In this document: one piece after another, positions 58,706 through 64,000 of the stretch
How positions within the stretch are numbered: the first letter of the stretch is position 1
How the letters are laid out: each line of letters opens with the position of its first letter
DNA from: Candidatus Microgenomates bacterium
GTDB taxonomy: Bacteria > Patescibacteriota > Microgenomatia > UBA8517
Direction of reading: 5' to 3'
Assembly: GCA_016784385.1 (NCBI GenBank)
Contig: JADHUT010000002.1
Coordinates: 12,316-76,315 of the forward strand
DNA length: 64,000 nt
Notes under the pieces: generated by a model
The model's database searches: none
What the model was told of the DNA's origin: nothing
Seen by the model: only the letters and a program-made list of their open reading frames with translations
Made by a program: the position numbers and the translations under genes

Positions 58706-59119
58706 ATGGCAAAAAGACTAGGACGAGGATATGGTAGCGGAAAAGGTGGACACACCGCCGGTAGAGGCCAAAAAGGACAAAAGTCCAGAACAAAGATACA
58801 CATTCTTTTTGAAGGATTGAAAGTAAAAAAATCTACTTTGAAAAGATTGCCTTTGTTGCGTGGAAAAGGAAAGTTATCTGCTAATGCAAAACCAATCCCA
58901 GTAAAAATAAATGATCTTAATAAATTTAAAGCTGGCCAAAAAGTTAATATTACATCTTTGGTTGAAAATAATATAGTAAAGGCATCAGAAGCCAAAAAAT
59001 TTGGAGTAAAAATACTAAGTGGAGGAAAGCTAGAAAAGAAATTAATAGTTGAGGTGCCAGTTTCAAAATCAGCCGGTGAGGTTATAGTGAAGGCCGGTGG
59101 AAAATATGTTTCTAATTGA
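58706..59119 (+). CDS. rplO: 50S ribosomal protein L15
   Basis: [30 protein letters not shown]. Confidence 0.95.
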   Translation: MAKRLGRGYGSGKGGHTAGRGQKGQKSRTKIHILFEGLKVKKSTLKRLPLLRGKGKLSANAKPIPVKINDLNKFKAGQKVNITSLVENNIVKASEAKKFGVKILSGGKLEKKLIVEVPVSKSAGEVIVKAGGKYVSN

Positions 59120-59124
59120 AAATT

Positions 59125-60405
59125 ATGATTTCACAAATTGCCCAATTTTTCAAAAAAATAGTTATAAATAAGGCCCTTCGGAAGAAAGTAATCATAACCG
59201 CAGGTATACTTTTAGTTTTTAGGTTGGCAGGTCACATCCCCGCAGCTGGAATAGAAAAGGAAAGTTTGCAAGCTCTGTTTCAAGGAAGTCCCCTGCTTTC
59301 TCTTTTAGATGTATTCTCAGGTGGAACACTAGCCAATTTTTCAATAATGGCATTAGGGTTAAATCCTTACATTAATGCTTCAATTATTCTTCAGCTTTTG
59401 GGTTATGTAATACCAGCTTTGGAAGAACTTCAAAAAGAAGGAGAATACGGTCAAGAAAAAATAAACCAATACACAAGATTTCTCACAGTCCCACTCGCTG
59501 CAATGCAGGCCTTTGGAATGTATGCACTTCTTCGTTCACAAGGAATAATTGGAAATTTGGCTGCGGTACAACTAATTTCATTAGTATTAACGATGACCGC
59601 TGGAACAATGCTTGCTGTATGGTTTGGAGATTTAATTTCCGAGTATGCCTTTAAAAATGGAGTATCTATTTTAATTTTTGTAGGTATTGTTGCAAGACTT
59701 CCAGTCACGTTGGGCCAAACTTTTACAACTTTCCAAGCAGAAGATGCACTTAAGATGATAATATTTTTGATAGTTTCAATCGTGGTCATTGGAATGATTG
59801 TTTTTGTAAATGAAGCAGTCAGGCAAATTCCAATCAGTTACGCCAAAGTCACCTCTGGCCTTAAATCTGCATCTTCATATTTGCCACTCAGGCTTAACCA
59901 AGCGGGAGTTATACCTATTATTTTCGCAGTATCGCTTGTTTTAATGCCAACAATGGTAACCCAATTCTTGGGAGCTTCAAGTAACCCGACTTTACAAAAT
60001 TTAGTAGGAACAATTCAAAATGTTTTTAATCCACAATCAGTTGTTTACAATGTAGTTTATTTTGGGTTAGTTGTAGCATTTACTTACTTTTACACCGCAG
60101 TTATATTTAACCCTGAAAAGATTGCAGAAAACTTGCAAAAATCAGGAGGATTCATACCAGGTATCAGACCGGGTAGCGCAACAGTAAAACACCTTTCTTA
60201 TATTTTAGGCAGGATAACTATAGTAGGAGCAGTGTTTTTGGGTACTGTAGCAATATTGCCTTCAGTTTTTCAAAGCGCAGTTGGGGTATCTAACCTGGCA
60301 ATTGGTGGAACAGGAGCTTTGATTGTAATCTCTGTAGTACTTGAGTTGGTTCGTGAAATAGAGGGAGATTTATTGATGAGCAGGTATGACGGGTTTGTAA
60401 GATAA
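59125..60405 (+). CDS. secY: preprotein translocase SecY
   Basis: [35 protein letters not shown] (alternative TTG start 59116). Confidence 0.98.
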   Translation: MISQIAQFFKKIVINKALRKKVIITAGILLVFRLAGHIPAAGIEKESLQALFQGSPLLSLLDVFSGGTLANFSIMALGLNPYINASIILQLLGYVIPALEELQKEGEYGQEKINQYTRFLTVPLAAMQAFGMYALLRSQGIIGNLAAVQLISLVLTMTAGTMLAVWFGDLISEYAFKNGVSILIFVGIVARLPVTLGQTFTTFQAEDALKMIIFLIVSIVVIGMIVFVNEAVRQIPISYAKVTSGLKSASSYLPLRLNQAGVIPIIFAVSLVLMPTMVTQFLGASSNPTLQNLVGTIQNVFNPQSVVYNVVYFGLVVAFTYFYTAVIFNPEKIAENLQKSGGFIPGIRPGSATVKHLSYILGRITIVGAVFLGTVAILPSVFQSAVGVSNLAIGGTGALIVISVVLELVREIEGDLLMSRYDGFVR

Positions 60406-60409
60406 AAAT

Positions 60410-61051
60410 ATGAATATTGTACTTTTGGGAGCACCAGCATCAGGAAAAGGAACCCAGGCTGAACTATTGGCTAAAAAATTTAATCTGTATTTACTCCAAA
60501 CCGGAGCGTTGTCTCGCGAACTTTCAAAAAGCGACGAAAGAATAGAAGAAATAATTAATTCAGGAAAGTTAATTCCTCAAGAAGAAATGACAATGCACGT
60601 TATAAACTTTTTGACAAAAACAAAACCTGACTTGAAAGACATATTGTTTGAAGGTTTTCCAAGATTCATCTCTCAGTACGAAGCCTTGGAGAGTTTTTTG
60701 AAAAATAAAGGGGATGATATCGATGCAATAATTTCATTAGATATCTCATTGGAAGAAGCAGTAGTGCGAATTTCTTCAAGAAGAACATGTTCAAAGTGTG
60801 GAAAAACTTACAATACAATCACTAACCCCGCCCCAAATGGAGTATGTGAATGTGGGGGAGAACTGGTTCAACGCAAAGACGACTTACCAGAATCTGTAAA
60901 AGTTAGATTTGAATATTATGAAGATAATACAAAAAAACTTATAGAACACGTTGAAAAACTTGGAAAATTAACACGTGTTGATGGAACCCAAAGCATAGAA
61001 GAGATTCAAAAGCAACTGGTTGATATAGTAGAGAAAGTAAAACTTAAATAA
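60410..61051 (+). CDS. adk: adenylate kinase
   Basis: GAPASGKGTQA, GFPR, Cys-containing lid, QRKDD. Confidence 0.95.
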   Translation: MNIVLLGAPASGKGTQAELLAKKFNLYLLQTGALSRELSKSDERIEEIINSGKLIPQEEMTMHVINFLTKTKPDLKDILFEGFPRFISQYEALESFLKNKGDDIDAIISLDISLEEAVVRISSRRTCSKCGKTYNTITNPAPNGVCECGGELVQRKDDLPESVKVRFEYYEDNTKKLIEHVEKLGKLTRVDGTQSIEEIQKQLVDIVEKVKLK

Positions 61052-61057
61052 ACCCCC

Positions 61058-61822
61058 ATGAGTATTAACGATATTAATATAAAGACGCCAGAGGAACTAA
61101 AAATTATGGAAGAAGGTGGAAAAAAACTTTCTTATGTGAAACATTCTGTGCGTGACATTATTGATGTTGGAGTGTCTGCCGACGATCTTGAAAAATTGGC
61201 AGCTGATTTAATTGAAAAAGCAGGAGGAAAAGCTTCTTTTAAAATGGTTCCTGGGTATTCATGGGCAACTTGTGTAAATGTGAATTCAGGAATAGTTCAT
61301 GGTATTCCTCACAAAAGTATAATTTTTAAAAAAGGTGATGTGGTGAGTGTTGATATGGGGCTTTTTTACAAAGGTTTTCATACTGACACATCTTTTACTG
61401 TAGCAATTTCTCCCCCTGTGGAAGTTGAGAAATTCTTGGATGCTGGTAAAAAGGCATTGTCTGCTGCAATTTCAGCTGTTAAACCCGGAAACAGAATATA
61501 TGATATCTCGGGAAGTATCGAAGACCTATTAACCCTTTTTGGCTATACACCAATACGTGATTTAGTCGGTCATGGAATTGGGGTTGAGCTTCATGAGGCT
61601 CCTGCAGTTCCTTGTTTTGTGGAAGGAACAAAAGAAGATTCTCCTCTTGTTGAGCCTGGCATGGCGCTGGCCATTGAAGTCATGTATTCAATGGGAAATG
61701 ATCCTTCTATCGTCAAAGAAAATGATGGGTGGACAATAGGCATGCGGGATGGTAAAATATCAGGACTTTTTGAGGATACGGTAATAGTTACCCAGAAAGG
61801 ATCTAGGATCATAACTGGGTAG
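61058..61822 (+). CDS. map: methionine aminopeptidase type I
   Basis: VHGIP, HTD, GHGIG..HE, AIE, FEDT. Confidence 0.96.
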   Translation: MSINDINIKTPEELKIMEEGGKKLSYVKHSVRDIIDVGVSADDLEKLAADLIEKAGGKASFKMVPGYSWATCVNVNSGIVHGIPHKSIIFKKGDVVSVDMGLFYKGFHTDTSFTVAISPPVEVEKFLDAGKKALSAAISAVKPGNRIYDISGSIEDLLTLFGYTPIRDLVGHGIGVELHEAPAVPCFVEGTKEDSPLVEPGMALAIEVMYSMGNDPSIVKENDGWTIGMRDGKISGLFEDTVIVTQKGSRIITG

Positions 61823-61831
61823 TTTTTTTGT

Positions 61832-62053
61832 ATGAAAGATAAAGGAAATTACGAAATCGAAGGGATTGTTACAGAGTTACTTCCTAACACAATGTTTAGG
61901 GTAGAAGTAACCAGTGATAAAAGGTTAATTATTGCAACCTTAAAAGGAAAATTGAGAAGGGCATATGTAAAAGTTATGCCTGGGGATAGGGTGAAAGTTG
62001 AACTGACACCTTACGATGAAAATAGAGGTAGGATTGTTTTTAAATTTAAATAA
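61832..62053 (+). CDS. infA: translation initiation factor IF-1
   Basis: [27 protein letters not shown]. Confidence 0.97.
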   Translation: MKDKGNYEIEGIVTELLPNTMFRVEVTSDKRLIIATLKGKLRRAYVKVMPGDRVKVELTPYDENRGRIVFKFK

Positions 62054-62058
62054 ATATT

Positions 62059-62172
62059 ATGCATGTAGTAGCGTCAGTAAAAAAAAGGTGTAAAGAATGT
62101 AAACTTGTGAAAAGAAAGGGTGTTTTGCGTGTGATTTGTAAAAATCCACGGCATAAACAAAGGCAAGGATAA
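62059..62172 (+). CDS. rpmJ: 50S ribosomal protein L36 (not in ORF track)
   Basis: [37 protein letters not shown]. Confidence 0.95.
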   Translation: MHVVASVKKRCKECKLVKRKGVLRVICKNPRHKQRQG

Positions 62173-62206
62173 GCGGAGCTTAAGGCTTTACCAAAAACAA
62201 AAAAAT

Positions 62207-62602
62207 ATGGCAAGAATTTCAGGAATAGACCTAAATGACAATTGGAGAGTTGACTTTGCGTTGACAAAAATTAAAGGTATTGGATGGGCACTTTCCAGAA
62301 GTGTTTTGTCAGATCTAAAATTTGATGCATCCAAAAGAGTTAAAGATTTAACTGCTGCAGAAATTTCTTCTTTGTCTGCAAAAATCACAGAATTTACAGT
62401 TGAGGGAGATTTAGTTAGAAAAATAAAACAAAATATTGCTAGACTTCAAGCAATAGGTTCATACAGGGGAAATAGACATTCAAGAGGACTTCCAGTTAGA
62501 GGCCAAAGGACAAAAACTAATGGCAGAACAAAAAGAGGTAAAAGAAAAACTGTTGGAGCATTTAAAAAAGAGGCCTTAGCGAAGACAAAAACAAACAAAT
62601 AA
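62207..62602 (+). CDS. rpsM: 30S ribosomal protein S13
   Basis: MARISG, IKGIG, YRGNRH..GLPVRGQRT. Confidence 0.98.
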   Translation: MARISGIDLNDNWRVDFALTKIKGIGWALSRSVLSDLKFDASKRVKDLTAAEISSLSAKITEFTVEGDLVRKIKQNIARLQAIGSYRGNRHSRGLPVRGQRTKTNGRTKRGKRKTVGAFKKEALAKTKTNK

Positions 62603-62608
62603 AAAACA

Positions 62609-62950
62609 ATGATTGGAAAAGTATACATATCAGCATCTTTCAATAACACTTTAGTTAATGTGTGTGATGAAAAAGGTAATAGTCTTTGTTGGGGTTCTTC
62701 TGGTGCATCAGGATTTAAAGGAACTAGAAAATCTACCCCATTTGCTGCATCTTCTGCAATTGAAACTGTTCTTGAAAAAGCAAAGCAAAAAGGAGTTGAC
62801 GAATTGGAAATTTATGTAAAAGGACCTGGCCCAGGAAGAGATTCTGCTCTCCGTGCAATTAAATCTACTGGAATGAAGGTATCAATAGTTGCAGATGTAA
62901 CACCAATTCCTCACAATGGCCCAAGACCTAAAAAGAAAAGGAGAGTTTAG
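62609..62950 (+). CDS. rpsK: 30S ribosomal protein S11 (N-terminal tail missing)
   Basis: ASFNNT, GFKGTRKSTPFAA, DVTPIPHNG. Confidence 0.98.
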   Translation: MIGKVYISASFNNTLVNVCDEKGNSLCWGSSGASGFKGTRKSTPFAASSAIETVLEKAKQKGVDELEIYVKGPGPGRDSALRAIKSTGMKVSIVADVTPIPHNGPRPKKKRRV

Positions 62951-62979
62951 GTTAAATTAACTTTTAAAAAACAAAAAAT

Positions 62980-63582
62980 ATGGCAAGACATACTAAAGCT
63001 AAAGATAAATTAAGTAGAAGAGAAGGAGTAGATTTGTTTGGCAAGGGTGCAAAGCTAACCAGACTAAATATTCCACCTGGGCAGCATGGTCCAAAGGGAG
63101 GATACAAAAAAGTTTCTCAATTTGGCAAACAGTTGCGTGAAAAACAAAAGGTAAAAAGAATTTATGGTGTATTAGAGAAACAGTTCAGAAGGTATGTAAA
63201 CGAATCTTTCAAGTCTAAAGGAAATACTGGTGAGGCACTTTTGATCGGTTTGGAAAAACGGCTTGATAATACAGTGTATAGGCTAGGTTTTGCACCAACA
63301 AGGCCAATGGCAAGGCAACTTGTAGGGCACTGCCACATTTTAGTTGATGGAAAAAAAGTAAATATTCCATCATTTCAGGTCAAAGTTGGACAATCAATTT
63401 CTCTTTCAACAAAATCCATAGAAATGCCAGTTGTTAAAAAACTACTAGCCGACAAAGATGTACAATTACCTTCCTGGCTAGAGAGAAAAGCTGTTGTGGG
63501 CCATGTGAAGAAAGAACCAACAAGACAAGATATAGTTGAACCTATTTTTGAACAAGATATAGTGGAATTTTATTCACGTTAG
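62980..63582 (+). CDS. rpsD: 30S ribosomal protein S4
   Basis: PPGQHG, LREKQK, LEKRLDN, IVEFYSR. Confidence 0.98.
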   Translation: MARHTKAKDKLSRREGVDLFGKGAKLTRLNIPPGQHGPKGGYKKVSQFGKQLREKQKVKRIYGVLEKQFRRYVNESFKSKGNTGEALLIGLEKRLDNTVYRLGFAPTRPMARQLVGHCHILVDGKKVNIPSFQVKVGQSISLSTKSIEMPVVKKLLADKDVQLPSWLERKAVVGHVKKEPTRQDIVEPIFEQDIVEFYSR

Positions 63583-63605
63583 TGTTAAAATTCCCACTTA
63601 CTATT

Positions 63606-63616
63606 GAGGAGGTGAT
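63606..63616 (+). promoter_or_regulatory. strong Shine-Dalgarno site of rpoA
   Basis: GAGGAGGTGAT ending 5 nt before GTG 63622. Confidence 0.75.
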
Positions 63617-63621
63617 ACCAA

Positions 63622-64000
63622 GTGTCGCAACCATTATTTGAAATAAAAAAAGAAGAAAAAAGCAAAAAAGATTACGCTAAACTAGTCCTTACCCCTATGG
63701 TGCAGGGATATGGTTACACGCTAGGAAATTCACTAAGAAGAGTCCTTTTAACCTCTCTTCCTGGTGCTGCAGTTACTTTTGTAAAGATTGCAGGAGTAAA
63801 ACATCAATTCTCTTCTCTTTCTGGAATGAAAGAAGATGTTGTTGAGTTTTGTCTAAATCTTAAAAAAGTAAGGGTATCATACGAAGGAGATAAGCCAGTT
63901 AAAGCAACTTTAAAAGCTGTAAAAGCTGGAGAAGTAAAAGCTGGAGATATTAAAGTTCCAGCAGGAGTTGAAATTTCAAACCCTGATTTAGTACTAGCAG
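63622..64000 (+). CDS. rpoA: RNA polymerase alpha subunit, 3' end outside window (not in ORF track)
   Basis: GTG start; GYGYTLGNSLRRVLLTSLPGAAV, HQFSSLSGMKEDV. Confidence 0.97.
   Translation, partial: MSQPLFEIKKEEKSKKDYAKLVLTPMVQGYGYTLGNSLRRVLLTSLPGAAVTFVKIAGVKHQFSSLSGMKEDVVEFCLNLKKVRVSYEGDKPVKATLKAVKAGEVKAGDIKVPAGVEISNPDLVLA

Noticed and set aside
194-62649. Numerous antisense and alternate-frame ORFs in the track (e.g. 7294..7923+, 19653..20201-, 40629..41369-, 51018..51614-)
   Set aside because: They lie wholly over well-identified genes, have no recognisable motifs and are expected shadows of codon bias
1-64000. Alternative genetic code (UGA=Gly, as in Gracilibacteria/Absconditabacteria)
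   Set aside because: TGA terminates conserved genes at expected positions (murJ, hrcA, dnaK, rpsQ) and no conserved gene is interrupted by TGA

Overview
This is a low-GC bacterial chromosome segment read with the standard code 11. Gene content and style point to Patescibacteria/CPR, most likely Microgenomates (inference): no uL30 in the spc cluster, a short IF2, a short AlaRS, a sortase, pilN/O and very few Shine-Dalgarno sites. Positions 1-10.1 kb hold a cell-surface locus: an LCP protein, two paralogous GT-C-like membrane proteins, a GT-C/PMT fusion, and a pilN-pilO operon ending in three exported proteins. Those three proteins share a 29-aa N-terminal motif, and two are Ser/Thr-rich with LPxTG-type anchors. 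Positions 10.2-38.4 kb carry rpsT, murJ, fic, a CIRCE-controlled hrcA-grpE-dnaK-dnaJ operon, nusA-infB-degenerate DHH protein, rpsO-pnp, a protease-less Lon followed by a chain of coupled microproteins, a phosphoesterase, UDG, a degenerate RNase J, ftsK, a rodZ-like gene, alaS, an FtsA-like/TM/baseplate-J-like protein, sortase, ruvX and mltG. Positions 38.5-64 kb contain rpoBC and the str, S10, spc and alpha ribosomal clusters, ending in a truncated rpoA. The most notable items are the surface glycoprotein/export locus with its shared motif, an EF-G with non-canonical G4/G5 motifs (NKLN, GGDNR), the Lon ATPase-only/microprotein cluster, pervasive leaderless-type promoters and a duplicated 3' end of rplP. 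I saw no tRNA, rRNA, CRISPR array or intact mobile element. All family assignments come from motif recognition by eye; no database search was run.
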